This document shows, piece after piece, positions 31,801 to 42,051 of a stretch of DNA of 64,000 bases. How positions within the stretch are numbered: position 1 is the stretch's first letter; each line of letters starts with the position of its first letter. The position numbers and the translations under genes are program-made. The notes beneath the pieces are model-generated. The model was not told the origin of the DNA. It worked only from the letters and a program-made list of their open reading frames with translations, and did no database searches. The stretch is from an uncultured Ectothiorhodospiraceae bacterium (GTDB lineage: Bacteria; Pseudomonadota; Gammaproteobacteria; S012-40), in assembly GCA_945787125.1 (NCBI GenBank), contig CALZHW010000002.1:22900-86899 (forward strand). Direction: 5' to 3'.

Positions 31801-32084
31801 TATTAGCCGATGCTGGTATTAATACTCAAGTTGTTTATAAAGTCACCGAAGGTCGACCACACATCGTTGATAAAATCAAAAACGATGAAATTAGTTTGGT
31901 TATTAATACCACTCATGGCAAACAAGCACTGGCTGATTCGTTTTCTTTGAGACGAGCAGCATTGCAGCACAAGGTAAGTTATACCACAACTATTGCCGGC
32001 GCTGTCGCTACCATACAAGCATTAGAACGATTGGATAATAAAGACGTTCATCGTTTACAAGATCTTCATAAGGAGTTTGATTAA
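28866..32084 (+). CDS. carB: Carbamoyl-phosphate synthase large subunit
   Basis: 1072 aa with duplicated ATP-grasp halves and an MGS-like C-terminal domain. Confidence 0.95.
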   Translation: MPKRTDIKTILIIGAGPIVIGQACEFDYSGAQACKALREEGYRIVLINSNPATIMTDPDMADSTYIEPITWSTVEKIIEKEKPDALLPTMGGQTALNCALDLAREGVLEKHGVELIGASQDAIDKAEDRDRFRQAMEKIGLSTPTAALAHSLEEAEQVQAQIGYPAIIRPSFTMGGSGGGIAYNREEFIEICTRGLDLSPTNELLIEESVLGWKEYEMEVVRDHKDNCIIICSIENFDPMGVHTGDSITVAPAQTLTDKEYQIMRDASLAVLREIGVDTGGSNVQFAINPENGYMIVIEMNPRVSRSSALASKATGFPIAKIAAKLAVGFTLDELQNDITGGATPASFEPTIDYVVSKIPRFTFEKFPQADATLTTQMKSVGEVMAIGRTFQESIQKAIRGLETGNNGFNEKVAQDDPDRNDILQKQLAIPGADRLWYIADAFRAGMSVQDIHQLCKVDPWFLVQIEDLVKIEETLKQQSLVDLDKMALFKIKQKGFSDTRLAQLLAQSEKAIRDYRHSIGVKPVYKRVDSCAAEFSTQTAYMYSTYEEECEAAPSNREKIMVLGGGPNRIGQGIEFDYCCVHAALAMREDGYETIMINCNPETVSTDYDTSDRLYFEPLTLEDVLEVIAIENPKGVIVQYGGQTPLKLARDLEAAGAPIIGTSPDAIDRAENRERFQEMIDKLGLKQPPNCTARSPQEAVTLADGIGYPLVVRPSYVLGGRAMEIVHNREDLERYMREAVSVSNDSPVLLDHFLDDAVEVDVDAICDGDAVLIGGIMEHIEQAGIHSGDSACSLPPYTLSSKIQDRIREQVGQMAKELGVVGLMNTQLAVKGDDIYIIEVNPRASRTVPFVSKAIGSPLAKIAARCMAGKSLKEQGAEHERIPTFYFVKEAVFPFVKFPNVDPILGPEMKSTGEVMGVGSDFGSAFGRAQLGAGVNLPVTGVAFLSVKDSDKAKAINVARDLIKLGYEICSTIGTSQVLADAGINTQVVYKVTEGRPHIVDKIKNDEISLVINTTHGKQALADSFSLRRAALQHKVSYTTTIAGAVATIQALERLDNKDVHRLQDLHKEFD

Positions 32085-32560
32085 TGACTAAAGTCCCATT
32101 AACCGTTCACGGCGCTCAAAAATTAAAAGAAGAGCTCAAGGAATTGAAATCTGTCGCTCGTCCTCGGGTTATCCAGGCTATTGCAGATGCAAGAGCCCAT
32201 GGTGACTTGAAGGAGAATGCCGAATATCATGCCGCGAAAGAGCAGCAAGGTTTTATCGAGGGTCGCATCGCAGAAATTGAAGGTAAACTAAGCAATGCAC
32301 AGATCATTGATGTACGTGAAGTTGATGCCGGTGGAAAAATAATTTTCGGTACTACGGTTGAGTTATCCGATGAAACCACGGGCAATGAAGTGACCTATCA
32401 AATCGTTGGTGACGACGAAGCGGATATTAAGGAAGGTAAAATTTCTGTTAGTTCACCCGTTTCTCGCGCTTTAATTGGCAAAGAAGAAGGCGACTTTGTT
32501 GAAGTGCAAACGCCTGGCGGTATTAAAGAATACGAAATTTTAGCGGTACGCTATGAGTAG
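32084..32560 (+). CDS. greA: Transcription elongation factor GreA
   Basis: 158 aa with the N-terminal coiled-coil acidic tip ([13 protein letters not shown]) and a C-terminal FKBP-like domain. Confidence 0.95.
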   Translation: MTKVPLTVHGAQKLKEELKELKSVARPRVIQAIADARAHGDLKENAEYHAAKEQQGFIEGRIAEIEGKLSNAQIIDVREVDAGGKIIFGTTVELSDETTGNEVTYQIVGDDEADIKEGKISVSSPVSRALIGKEEGDFVEVQTPGGIKEYEILAVRYE

Positions 32561-32564
32561 CTAA

Positions 32565-32766
32565 CTCACCATCAGAGTTCAACAATTGAAAATGCAAAAG
32601 TGTCACCTTCTTGCGCCCGTAGCGGCAAACCTTACCGAAACCTTACCGAGAGACGCCGTGTACGTTCTTGTAGGCTTGACGGCAGCAGCCATGCTGCCAA
32701 CACTTTCGCTAAGGCATTGCCACTACGGACGCTGATTATGCAGAGTAGTTGAACTCCGATTGTGAG
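32565..32766. repeat. PAL-1 palindromic MITE-like element copy
   Basis: It reads ctcaccatcagagttcaac ... ccgtagcggcaaaccttaccgagagacgccgtg ... ttgccactacggacgct ... gttgaactccgattgtgag. The arms are inverted. Confidence 0.8.
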
Positions 32767-32851
32767 TAACTAAAATGAGTAACTAAAAAGAAATATATAG
32801 GCGGGTCGAAATAGTTCGAACCGCCTTTATGCTAGAAATGATTTTTATCTA

Positions 32852-33067
32852 TTACTCACAATCGGCGTTCAAACTTGTAAAAATGCCGCCATCCAGCACC
32901 CGTAGCGGTAAGGCCTTAATCGAGTGACGCCGTGATACCTCTCTGTAGATACTCATATCGTTGTCGTTGGTATAGGTAATGTCTGCAAAACCTGATACAT
33001 TAGATCCGTTCGCAAAACTAACCGTTGGTAGTGTCGCTAATAATGAAAAAATTAGACGCTTGTTCAT
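32852..33067 (-). CDS. Small putative secreted protein whose C-terminal third is encoded by a PAL-1 half-copy (uncertain)
   Basis: 71 aa with a signal-like N-terminus MNKRLIFSLLATLPTVSFA. A hairpin with a T-run (32797..32828) lies downstream on the minus strand. Confidence 0.3.
   Translation of the reverse strand: MNKRLIFSLLATLPTVSFANGSNVSGFADITYTNDNDMSIYREVSRRHSIKALPLRVLDGGIFTSLNADCE
32855..32948. repeat. PAL-1 half-copy (left arm only)
   Basis: The sequence is ctcacaatcggcgttcaaac ... cacccgtagcggtaaggccttaatcgagtgacgccgtg. It forms the 3' end of the 71-aa minus-strand ORF. Confidence 0.7.
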
Positions 33068-33456
33068 GGTAATACTCCCTCGTTTCTCTCAAAAAATAAT
33101 TTTTTAGGTAGTTGTTGAGTTGGAAGTTATCGGGATTCCACAGTAAAAGCAAGTGAAATGGTGTTTTATTTGATAATTATTTCAATTAATTCAATAGCTT
33201 ATATCCGAGTGGAATACTCAACTTTCGCCGTGGTTTGTGACCCACGGCTGAGTTAATACATATTCTGCTCGCCGTAAATACGTGCTTAATCTTCCGGAGG
33301 CAGAATAGGTAAATCAATAAATAAGAAGTCGAAATATTTTACAAACTTAACCTAATTACTAACTAAAAATTTTTAAATCATTGTTTATAATAATAATTAT
33401 TCATTCATTAATTCATTTACAACTTGCAAGTGAATGTCAATCAAGTGGGGCTACCA

Positions 33457-33939
33457 ATGAAATTTTTTATGATGACTGTTTTGTTGTTAATAACAGGTGA
33501 CTTATTTGCGTCAAACCTGGGGTTGAAGAAATCTGAGAAAGAGCTTCAATGTATGGCGTTAAATATCTATTTTGAGGCACGTGGTGAGCCTGTTACAGGT
33601 CAGCTTGCGGTGGCGATGGTTACCATGAATCGAGTAAAATCAAAACGCTTCCCCTCAAGTATTTGTGGCGTAGTTTGGCAACGAAAACAATTTAGCTGGA
33701 CACATGATGGCAGAAGCGATCAGCCCACTGATCAAAAAGCCTGGAAGCTAGCTAAAGAAATTGCTGATTTTGCATATTACAAATATGACAAACTAAAAAC
33801 AATGAGCAACGGTGTATTGGATCTGACAAAAGGTGCGTTACATTATTATGCTCCTAAGTTTGCCAATCCATATTGGGCGAAACACAAGCAGGTAACACTG
33901 GAAATCGGTGGACATGTATTCCTTGCGGAGAATTCTTGA
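33457..33939 (+). CDS. Cell wall hydrolase, SleB-like (Hydrolase_2 family)
   Basis: Signal peptide MKFFMMTVLLLITGDLFA. It has the family motifs ALNIYFEARGE and QFSW. The start is placed at ATG 33457. Confidence 0.75.
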   Translation: MKFFMMTVLLLITGDLFASNLGLKKSEKELQCMALNIYFEARGEPVTGQLAVAMVTMNRVKSKRFPSSICGVVWQRKQFSWTHDGRSDQPTDQKAWKLAKEIADFAYYKYDKLKTMSNGVLDLTKGALHYYAPKFANPYWAKHKQVTLEIGGHVFLAENS

Positions 33940-34145
33940 TTTTAATGGCATTTGAATAATTAAGGTTGTTCAAATGCTTTTTTGCTGCCTTAACTGTCTC
34001 TCGATTTATGCCACCAACGCTTGACTTTCATCTTAAATAATTTCCCAATATCGAGTACTCATTACATTCATGCAATTCTAAATACTTCAAACCCCGAGTA
34101 AAATTGCTATATAATTTATCGACAACTAAAATAGGGGTGTAGCCA

Positions 34146-36155
34146 GTGCCTTATCAATCTAGCGAACAAATTGTAAACGCATTTCCGCGATACCCTGAGG
34201 CTGTTGTCCAGGCCAGCGCACATGATCAACAGGGTAGTTTTCAAAAAGCGATAAAACTCAGTGCAATAGTTTTCACTATTGTTCTGCTGCCATTGCTGCT
34301 TTTTACTTTTCTGCGACCTGCTATATATCTCAGTGAGGCCAGTCTGCTCATTGATAAGTCCAGCAAACCTTCAGAAACAAACTTGCAAACATCGCATAAC
34401 CTATCGATAGAAAAAAGCGTGCTGCTATCGCAAGAGTCACGGTTGAGTATCATTGACGGATTAAGACGCAGCCAATTAATTTCCGCTCAGTCCGCTATGG
34501 ACGTCAATCAGTTGTCAGAGATGCTTTCTGTTAACATCAACGGCAATAATTTATTGGAGCTGCAGGTCAAGGGAGAAGAGAAAGACTTATTGTATCCGAT
34601 TATGGAATTATGGATAGGCAACTACGGACAAAGACGTCTGGCAATGAATGAAAATTCTACTGCCAATCTGGACAACGAACTTGGCGCAAGCATTATTGAA
34701 CTAGAGAGCAAGGTTGAACAAAAAAGAGCAGAGCTAGTAACATTTCGTGAACTGAATAATATTGAATCCACCCAACGTGAAGAAAATCAAATTGTAGCTC
34801 GACTTAAAAAAATTACCGAATCCTTAAACATTGCACAAGACGAACGAGTAAACAATGAAGCACAGCTCAGCTCATTGCACGCTTCAATCCAACGTGGAGA
34901 GCCTATTTTATTGCCCGCTGATCAAACTGCATTGGCGCGACTGGGGCAACGTTCGATGGAGTTGCGGGAGCAAATTGCCGATATTGAAAGCCAATATACG
35001 CCGGCATTAGTGGCAATTACACCCAAATTGCAAGCAGTTTACGATAATTATCAAGATATCCAGCGCGATATCAATAATTCTCGGCAAGCAGCACTCGAAC
35101 AGGCACTAACTGAAGCGAAAAATCGTATTGAAAACAGTGTATCGATTATCAATAAACTAAAAAAACAACGTACTGAATTGAAACAAAAAGCATCAGATTT
35201 TAATTCGAGTTTCGTTAAATATACGGCGCTCGAAGAAGAGTTAAATCAACTTAGCGAAATATTACGCCAGTCAAAAACGCAACTTGCTGAAAATGAATCT
35301 CGCAGCAATGCCAGTGATGTTAAAGTTGAAATATTAACTATGCCAAGTCAGCCTGAATCACCAGTCTCTCCTCTGTACACACGAGATACCTTGTTGAGTA
35401 TTGCGGCGGCAAGTCTATTGGGGTTGGTCGTCGGGTTGTTCTATTTCGTATTGATGCGCCCCAGGAGCCCGCTGCTCGTGCCGCATAAACAACAAATATT
35501 TTATCCTGTGGCAGGTGCCGGCATAGTTAGTAACCCTGGTATTGAAGGGTCAACGGTCAATCATCTAAACCATCATCTAAATCATGCAGCGTCAATAAGC
35601 TTACCCCACTTTGCTCAGCGTGAGGTTTCAGAGTTCGAACTTCAGTCGTTATTGGAAGTGAGTGATCCACTTACACAATTATTAATTTATATGATGATCG
35701 CGGGAAATAATCCAGATGAGATGAGCCAATTGACCTGGCACGATATGCTAACTAATGGGGGATTAATACGTCTCCCTGAAGATTTTATATTGCATTGGCC
35801 TGTTGAAAATAAATTAACTCAACTAGTCAGTAAATTATCGAAAAGTGAAGATGAAAGTCATTATGTCTGGTCTGATTCAAAAGCTCATCCAATGGATGTT
35901 AATCAGTTAAACACACTAATTAGCGATGCAGCGCATGATGCAGGTTTAACCGAACCTCAATCATTTAACTTGCAGGTATTACACTCAAGTTATCTAGCAT
36001 TTCTAGCGCGTCAAGGTTTGCGGATATCATCGCTAAGTAAATTAACCGATCAAATCACAAATGAAAGCAAAGAAACATTAAGCCGCCTCTCACCGCCCGG
36101 CAAGAAAAAGTCTTTTGCAGAAATTAATTTATTGCATCCGATTATTGAGTGTTAA
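34146..36155 (+). CDS. Polysaccharide co-polymerase (Wzz/chain-length-determinant)-like membrane protein with an extra C-terminal domain of about 220 aa
   Basis: The topology is TM1 (IVFTIVLLPLLLFTFL), a long coiled-coil periplasmic region, then TM2 (LLSIAAASLLGLVVGLFYFVLM), as in PCP proteins. The C-terminal extension has no Walker A. It ends with LHSSYLAFLARQGLRISSLSKL, which is reminiscent of a tyrosine-recombinase helix. Confidence 0.55.
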   Translation: MPYQSSEQIVNAFPRYPEAVVQASAHDQQGSFQKAIKLSAIVFTIVLLPLLLFTFLRPAIYLSEASLLIDKSSKPSETNLQTSHNLSIEKSVLLSQESRLSIIDGLRRSQLISAQSAMDVNQLSEMLSVNINGNNLLELQVKGEEKDLLYPIMELWIGNYGQRRLAMNENSTANLDNELGASIIELESKVEQKRAELVTFRELNNIESTQREENQIVARLKKITESLNIAQDERVNNEAQLSSLHASIQRGEPILLPADQTALARLGQRSMELREQIADIESQYTPALVAITPKLQAVYDNYQDIQRDINNSRQAALEQALTEAKNRIENSVSIINKLKKQRTELKQKASDFNSSFVKYTALEEELNQLSEILRQSKTQLAENESRSNASDVKVEILTMPSQPESPVSPLYTRDTLLSIAAASLLGLVVGLFYFVLMRPRSPLLVPHKQQIFYPVAGAGIVSNPGIEGSTVNHLNHHLNHAASISLPHFAQREVSEFELQSLLEVSDPLTQLLIYMMIAGNNPDEMSQLTWHDMLTNGGLIRLPEDFILHWPVENKLTQLVSKLSKSEDESHYVWSDSKAHPMDVNQLNTLISDAAHDAGLTEPQSFNLQVLHSSYLAFLARQGLRISSLSKLTDQITNESKETLSRLSPPGKKKSFAEINLLHPIIEC

Positions 36156-36299
36156 GTTCAGTATCCTGCAAGGGCGCATTTGATGCACCATAAATCTTTG
36201 GGCTGTCCGGGATTTTATTCTGCTTATCTATCAGTTGGGAATGTTGGGCTTCGCAAATCGCACTCAGCCCAATCGGTAATCTTTAACTGAATGACTTCG

Positions 36300-39200
36300 T
36301 TAATTTGAAAAGACCCTGGCTCTACTGAATTTTAACAATACTGCCAAACTTAATAATAACAACCATGATAATGAAGCGCTTGCACTCGTGCCATTCGAAA
36401 CAATTACGTTATTATTGTCATTGGATCCATTCGTATCAAGACTATCTTCGGTAGTTTGATCTGGCGTGTCTGGTAAATCGATTTGAATAGCAGCTTCTGA
36501 TGCGGCTATCACAGCCACTTTTAAAGCGGCAGTATCTGTCCCACCTTGACCATCATCAATGTGATAATCAATCAGATCTTCACCAATAAAGTTGTCAGGT
36601 GGTGTATATCGAACAATACCTTTGTTGTTCACGGATACTGTACCGCCTTCTCGGCTATTACTAGAGTCTATCGACACTTGTAAGTTGTCACGATTGGCAT
36701 CGTTATCGTTTGATAAAACATTGATGCTGATGGCCATGTCGTTCGGTGTTATCGCTGTATCATCCGTAGCAATCGGCGCTTCATTTACTCGCTCTGCAAA
36801 GCTGATGCTTACTGTTGCAGGCTGTGACTCCACAAGACCATCAGTGACAGTAAAATCAAAACTTACATTTCCACTTGCGCTTGCATTTGTATCAGTAGTG
36901 TAGATAAGGCTGCCTGTTGCTGGGTTAAACTCTATAATTTGACCTTCTTCAGGTTCATTTTTTATTTTGTAAAATAGCACGTCATCATCTGCATCACTTG
37001 CAACTAATAATATTTGTATGGATCGCTCTATGTCTAGTGATAATTCCATAGAACTTGCTTCGGGAGCGCTATTTGACGTGGTTGGTAATATTGTAATGTT
37101 AGCAGTACCTTCGAGTGATCTTGCCTCTCCTTCATCGAGCTTTGTTTGCAGGTTTACAACATTAAAACCAAAACTATCTGTATTATCTAAGCCTTCTTTA
37201 GCATGATATAAAAGTTCACCTGAATGCTCGTCCAACCAAAGTATTTCACCTTTCTCGGCAGATAAGTCTGGCTGCAGACTAAATGAGAAATCGCCAATAG
37301 CGTCACTTTGTAAATCAATATTTGCGATTCTTCCAGCTTCAACAATCACTGCGGGGTTTGTTAAGGCAATAAGATTGCTGGTTTTAAAATAAATAATCAC
37401 AGAGGCTGGTCGCGAGAGCAGCCCACCGGTGTCTTCTACTGCATAGGTAAAACCATCAGACCCGCTCGCATCAGCGTTGGCGATATAAGAAAAACTCCCA
37501 TCAGGACTAATTGTAATATCTCCCATCACAGGTTCAGTCCCAATGATATATCGCAATTCAGTTTGCTCTGGGTCATAGGTGAGTTTCGAGTGAGTTGAGG
37601 TGGATAAACCGCCACTCAAATCAGAAATTAAAGTTTCGCCTGGTAAAACAAGAAATGATTGAGAATAAGCAGTCGGTGGTAGGTTTTGTTCAGTAATTTC
37701 TACCATGACAATTGCCGTTTCAGAATGAATTGTTTGATTTGTTGTGGGATCGATAACACTGACGTTATAGCTAAACCCAGTTTCGCCTATAAAGCCTGAT
37801 ACGGGAGTAAAATATATAAAATCAATCATACTCGTATTGTTTGCCTGGCTGCCTTTGCCTACATAGACTGAAACAGCATTTTGATCCAACGGTTGTACAG
37901 ACGTTATATTAAATGTCGCAGCGCCACGTTGTAATGGATCATTATCATTCGCGAGTAAATGTGGAAGCGGTATAATGATCTCTTCATAAAGTGCTTTTAG
38001 TATGCGATCATTTCGCGCGATGGGTAAGTTATTTTTATTGCTGGAAACCCCTTTAGTATTAGCCGCTGTTTGAAATGCACCTGGATCACAGGCATCAACA
38101 TCTCGACCAAATCCACGTTGGTCGTTTGCGTTGCAATCGATACCTGAACCTATCGCGTTGCCGGATAATAATGCGAGAGTGGGTGGGAATGTGACATCGG
38201 GTAATTCGTTACCCGGTATACCACTATTGTTTGTTAGTGTTCCAAGGATGGCGCCACTTGTAGTAGCGTTTGTATTCGGCTTGGCATTCGGCTTAGCGCT
38301 CGTGGTTGACAATAAACACGTGCCGCTATCATCAACATTACCACCAATATTGATAATATAATTATTAAAGCTCGTGGTGCCATTGCAGGCATCGGTGCTT
38401 GAAGCGTCTCCTACAATAGTATTCAGTAAAGAAATTCGCCAAGGCAAGTTTGTTTGGGGATCAGTATTTGCTTCCGTGACATCCAAATATATTTCACTAC
38501 CACCAGTGGCGTCGGTAGAGGTGGGTGTACCGACACCCCCCACGGAGGAACTGGGATCCGCAGAGTTGCCAGTTATGGTAGTATTTATAATATCTATAAT
38601 TCTGCCAGAATGATAAATACCGCCGCCTTTATTCGGCAATCGCGGCAGCCCATTATCCAGGGCCTGGTTATTAGTAAGAGTCACATTTGACAATTGCAGT
38701 GCGGCCAGGCCCAGATTATAAATTCCACCTCCGGCGAATTCAGCTTGATTATTATCGATAGTTGAGTTGCTTACAATCATACCGTAATCAGTAAGTTGTC
38801 GCGTCGTAAAATTCCAGTTGCCGGAAACGTTAAATATCGCTCCTCCCATAAAAGCTTGATTACCTGTGATTTGGCTATTTTCTATAAAAACTTGTTCGTC
38901 TCTGAGTTGTGCAATTATTGTTTGACTAAAAATAGCACCGCCAATTTGAGATCTATTATTCGCAATAATGGATCGACGTATCGTTAGCTTACCACCCATG
39001 TTGGTAATGGCCCCGCCCATACCACCCCCGATAAATTGACTGTTATTATTGAACTGTCCATTCTGTCCACCCGTTCTTCCAATAAAAAAAGACGAGGAAT
39101 TATCGCGAATCACACTATCTTCTATAGTTAGTACGCCGGCATTCATTATTCCAGAGCCGCTGATTTCATCATAGTTGGAGTATATTTCAACATGACGAAG

Positions 39201-39836
39201 TATGACGTTGGGGCGCGTCGTATCGCTATTGGAAAATTCGTTACCTGGATCAAACGTGGTGTTGATTTCAGGCGTTGTGGAGCCTAAACCCGTCGGTTGA
39301 AAAGCATTACCATTGTTTACAATACATTTGATACAAATTCCACCACCACCTGCTCGGGTATCTGTCCCACGGCCACCGGTTATAGACAGATAATTCAGTT
39401 CAATATTGATTACCTTGCTTTCTGAAAGTATGTGCATCACCCGATCGGAAGCACCACTCGCATCAATCACTACAGCATTTCTGTCTGATGCATTGCCATT
39501 TATAGTCAGATGGTCAGTAATATCCAGGTCTCCGCTGGCAGACAAATTTTCTTGGGTTCCAGGAATAGTGAGTCGATACACGCCGTCGTTGAGATTGATG
39601 ATGTCAGGTAATTCTTCACCATTTAGTATGGTATTAGCATACGCATTAGCTTCCATAATGGCAGCACGTAGGGAGCAAGGGGATCCCGATAAAGCAGTTG
39701 CACAAACGCCGTTACCAGGTGCGGAATCGACCGCATCGAGTGTTGTATTGACGGTGAAAGTTGTTGCGACGGCCTGGAAAGAAAAAAGCACGCAGCACGA
39801 AAGAAGTAAAACGACCTTGTTTTTGCTAGTCATCAT
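36300..39836 (-). CDS. Giant secreted CSLREA-domain / parallel beta-helix / cadherin-like (VCBS-type) repeat protein
   Basis: 1178 aa. Signal peptide MMTSKNKVVLLLSCCVLFSFQAVA. The N-terminal CSLREA-type motif is GSPCSLRAAIMEANA. The middle holds many beta-helix repeats (GGGIYNLG, NNQA). The distal part holds cadherin-like repeats (DDTAITPNDMAISINVLSNDND...YTPPDNFIGEDLIDYHIDDGQGGTD). The C-terminus is a hydrophobic-basic tail. Confidence 0.8.
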   Translation of the reverse strand: MMTSKNKVVLLLSCCVLFSFQAVATTFTVNTTLDAVDSAPGNGVCATALSGSPCSLRAAIMEANAYANTILNGEELPDIINLNDGVYRLTIPGTQENLSASGDLDITDHLTINGNASDRNAVVIDASGASDRVMHILSESKVINIELNYLSITGGRGTDTRAGGGGICIKCIVNNGNAFQPTGLGSTTPEINTTFDPGNEFSNSDTTRPNVILRHVEIYSNYDEISGSGIMNAGVLTIEDSVIRDNSSSFFIGRTGGQNGQFNNNSQFIGGGMGGAITNMGGKLTIRRSIIANNRSQIGGAIFSQTIIAQLRDEQVFIENSQITGNQAFMGGAIFNVSGNWNFTTRQLTDYGMIVSNSTIDNNQAEFAGGGIYNLGLAALQLSNVTLTNNQALDNGLPRLPNKGGGIYHSGRIIDIINTTITGNSADPSSSVGGVGTPTSTDATGGSEIYLDVTEANTDPQTNLPWRISLLNTIVGDASSTDACNGTTSFNNYIINIGGNVDDSGTCLLSTTSAKPNAKPNTNATTSGAILGTLTNNSGIPGNELPDVTFPPTLALLSGNAIGSGIDCNANDQRGFGRDVDACDPGAFQTAANTKGVSSNKNNLPIARNDRILKALYEEIIIPLPHLLANDNDPLQRGAATFNITSVQPLDQNAVSVYVGKGSQANNTSMIDFIYFTPVSGFIGETGFSYNVSVIDPTTNQTIHSETAIVMVEITEQNLPPTAYSQSFLVLPGETLISDLSGGLSTSTHSKLTYDPEQTELRYIIGTEPVMGDITISPDGSFSYIANADASGSDGFTYAVEDTGGLLSRPASVIIYFKTSNLIALTNPAVIVEAGRIANIDLQSDAIGDFSFSLQPDLSAEKGEILWLDEHSGELLYHAKEGLDNTDSFGFNVVNLQTKLDEGEARSLEGTANITILPTTSNSAPEASSMELSLDIERSIQILLVASDADDDVLFYKIKNEPEEGQIIEFNPATGSLIYTTDTNASASGNVSFDFTVTDGLVESQPATVSISFAERVNEAPIATDDTAITPNDMAISINVLSNDNDANRDNLQVSIDSSNSREGGTVSVNNKGIVRYTPPDNFIGEDLIDYHIDDGQGGTDTAALKVAVIAASEAAIQIDLPDTPDQTTEDSLDTNGSNDNNNVIVSNGTSASASLSWLLLLSLAVLLKFSRARVFSN

Positions 39837-40126
39837 AAGATCTGCGTCCTTTATTAAGTATTCATAAGGACTTATATCGTTTACTTAGGTAATTACTTGA
39901 TGGTTATCTGCTTATTTTGCGTGTATTTTCTACAGTTAAATAGGCTTCGTTCTAAGCTTGTATTGGTTGTAGCTGATTATATTATTTTGAAATTACAATA
40001 GCTTGTGGGTGCAAATTCAACAATATTCACATGTGCTGCAATGGACGCCAGCAGGAAACATTGTTGCAACGGTTAAACTTCGATTGGGAGTTAGAATGTA
40101 ACTAAAGACAATGATTTAAGTGCTTG

Positions 40127-41404
40127 TTAATCAACTAATAAATCAGTCTCTAATTTCCGAGAAGTTTTCTCTACGGGTTCCAGATCCACCATGTCTTTTT
40201 TGGTATGTATGCCCATTTCCTGGAATTTTTTTGCGCTGGGAATTACGCGGGTAGTGAGGGTGGCGATGGTTTTATTATAATTATCGACACTTTGATCCAA
40301 GCTTCTACCTACTTTATTCAGGCTGTCAGTAAAAGTGGCCATGCGGCCATACATTTCTTCACCCAGAATACGAATTTTTTCGGCGTTTTTAGCCAGTGAT
40401 TCTTGTCGCCAGCCATAGGCGACCGCGCGGAGCAATCCTACAAAACTGGTTGGGGTGGAGATGATAACTCGGTTTTTTAACGCGTCTTCCAGTAGGTTGC
40501 GGTCTTTGTCCATGGCGGCATTGAGAAATTGATCGCCTGGAATAAAAAGCACCACAAAGTCGGGTGATTGCTTGAATTGCTGCCAGTAGTTTTTACTGGC
40601 GAGCTCTCTTACCCGTTGTTTGACATGTCGCACGTGGCGTTCCAGTGCGAGATCTTTTTCGATATCGTTTTTCGCTTCGATTGCACTGAGATAAGCATCC
40701 AACGGTGTTTTGCTGTCAACGATAATGTCTCGCCCACCGGGTAATTTGACAATCATGTCCGGGCGTAGAGCAATGCCTTCGTCAGTGGTTACCGTGGGTT
40801 GTTCAAAGAAATCGCAATGTTCTACCATGCCTGCCAATTCTGCCAGACGTTTTAGTGTCATTTCACCCCAGCGGCCACGCACTTCTGGGCGGCGAAAGGC
40901 TTGTACGAGATTACGGGTTTCTGAGTGCAAAGATTTATGGGCTTCGGCCATGTGTACAAGATGCTGATTGAGTGAACCGTAAGCTTGTTTGCGTTCTTTT
41001 TCCATCAAATGGATTTGCTGCTGAGTTTTTTCAAGTGTCTCTCTGATTGGCTTTACCAAGGCATCGATGGCTTGTTCTTTTTTATCTATTTCACCTTGGG
41101 CTTTGACGTGAAAATGATTAAGGTTTTGCGTGGCCAAGCGCAAAAAAGATTCGCTGTTTTGGTGTAAAATACGTGCAGACAAAGCTTCAAACGCTTCTCG
41201 CAATTGTTGTTTTTGCAATTTAAGTTGATCGCGTTCTTGTACGCGTTGCTGTTTCTCAGCATCCAGTAATACAATTAACCGAGTATTTTCCTGATTAAGT
41301 TTATTTTTTCCCATTGCGGCGCGAAGGGCACCAAACAGGTAACCTATGATAAGACCCAATGAGAATAAACCGCACCCAATCGAGATTATCAGCGTTTGTG
41401 TCAT
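40127..41404 (-). CDS. rmuC: DNA recombination protein RmuC
   Basis: 425 aa with an N-terminal TM helix, a long coiled coil and a C-terminal RmuC nuclease-like domain. Confidence 0.85.
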   Translation of the reverse strand: MTQTLIISIGCGLFSLGLIIGYLFGALRAAMGKNKLNQENTRLIVLLDAEKQQRVQERDQLKLQKQQLREAFEALSARILHQNSESFLRLATQNLNHFHVKAQGEIDKKEQAIDALVKPIRETLEKTQQQIHLMEKERKQAYGSLNQHLVHMAEAHKSLHSETRNLVQAFRRPEVRGRWGEMTLKRLAELAGMVEHCDFFEQPTVTTDEGIALRPDMIVKLPGGRDIIVDSKTPLDAYLSAIEAKNDIEKDLALERHVRHVKQRVRELASKNYWQQFKQSPDFVVLFIPGDQFLNAAMDKDRNLLEDALKNRVIISTPTSFVGLLRAVAYGWRQESLAKNAEKIRILGEEMYGRMATFTDSLNKVGRSLDQSVDNYNKTIATLTTRVIPSAKKFQEMGIHTKKDMVDLEPVEKTSRKLETDLLVD

Positions 41405-42051
41405 TGTAAGTATGTGATTAATTCCTCAGGTTGATTAATGTAAATATCGGCCATCCATTCAGTGGGATTTTCATGCGGTTGGATGTAGCCGAACAAGGCC
41501 GCCACGGTTTTCATACCGGCAGCGTTGCCCGCCTGAATATCACGTTCAGCATCCCCCACATAAAGACAATTAGTGGGATCTATGCCGGCTTGTTGGCAGC
41601 CGTAAATAAGCGGCTCGGGGTGAGGTTTGGCTTTTGCCAAGGTATCACCACTGACTATTGTTGCAGCACGGCGAGTGAGTTCCAGTGCTTCCATTAGTGG
41701 GTCGGTCAGCCAGCCTGGTTTATTGGTTACTACGCCCCATACAATGTTGCGGGCTTCTAACTCGGTAAGCACTTGCTCCATGCCGGTAAATAGCCGGGTA
41801 TGTTTGGCGATATTATCTAAATAGGTTTGCAGAAACTGCTCACGGATCGCAGTATAGTCTTGGTCATCTGGGCCGATATGAAATGCTAGACGAATCATTG
41901 CAATGCCGCCGTGCGAAACCACGGGGCGAATTGTGTCGAATGGTAAAGCGGGTTTTTGATGCGCTAGCAAAGTTTGATTTAACGCATAGGCTAAATCTGG
42001 CGCGGTATCGGCAAGCGTGCCGTCGAGGTCAAACAAAACACCGTTGATCAT
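41401..42051 (-). CDS. gph: Phosphoglycolate phosphatase (HAD superfamily)
   Basis: HAD motif I is FDLDGTLADT. The start overlaps the ubiG stop, the conserved ubiG-gph pairing. Confidence 0.8.
   Translation of the reverse strand: MINGVLFDLDGTLADTAPDLAYALNQTLLAHQKPALPFDTIRPVVSHGGIAMIRLAFHIGPDDQDYTAIREQFLQTYLDNIAKHTRLFTGMEQVLTELEARNIVWGVVTNKPGWLTDPLMEALELTRRAATIVSGDTLAKAKPHPEPLIYGCQQAGIDPTNCLYVGDAERDIQAGNAAGMKTVAALFGYIQPHENPTEWMADIYINQPEELITYLQ

Noticed and set aside
32797-32828. tRNA-like GGTTCGAA motif (ggcgggtcgaaatagttcgaaccgcc)
   Set aside because: It is a simple hairpin, a terminator candidate for the minus-strand small ORF. It lacks the acceptor, D and anticodon arms.
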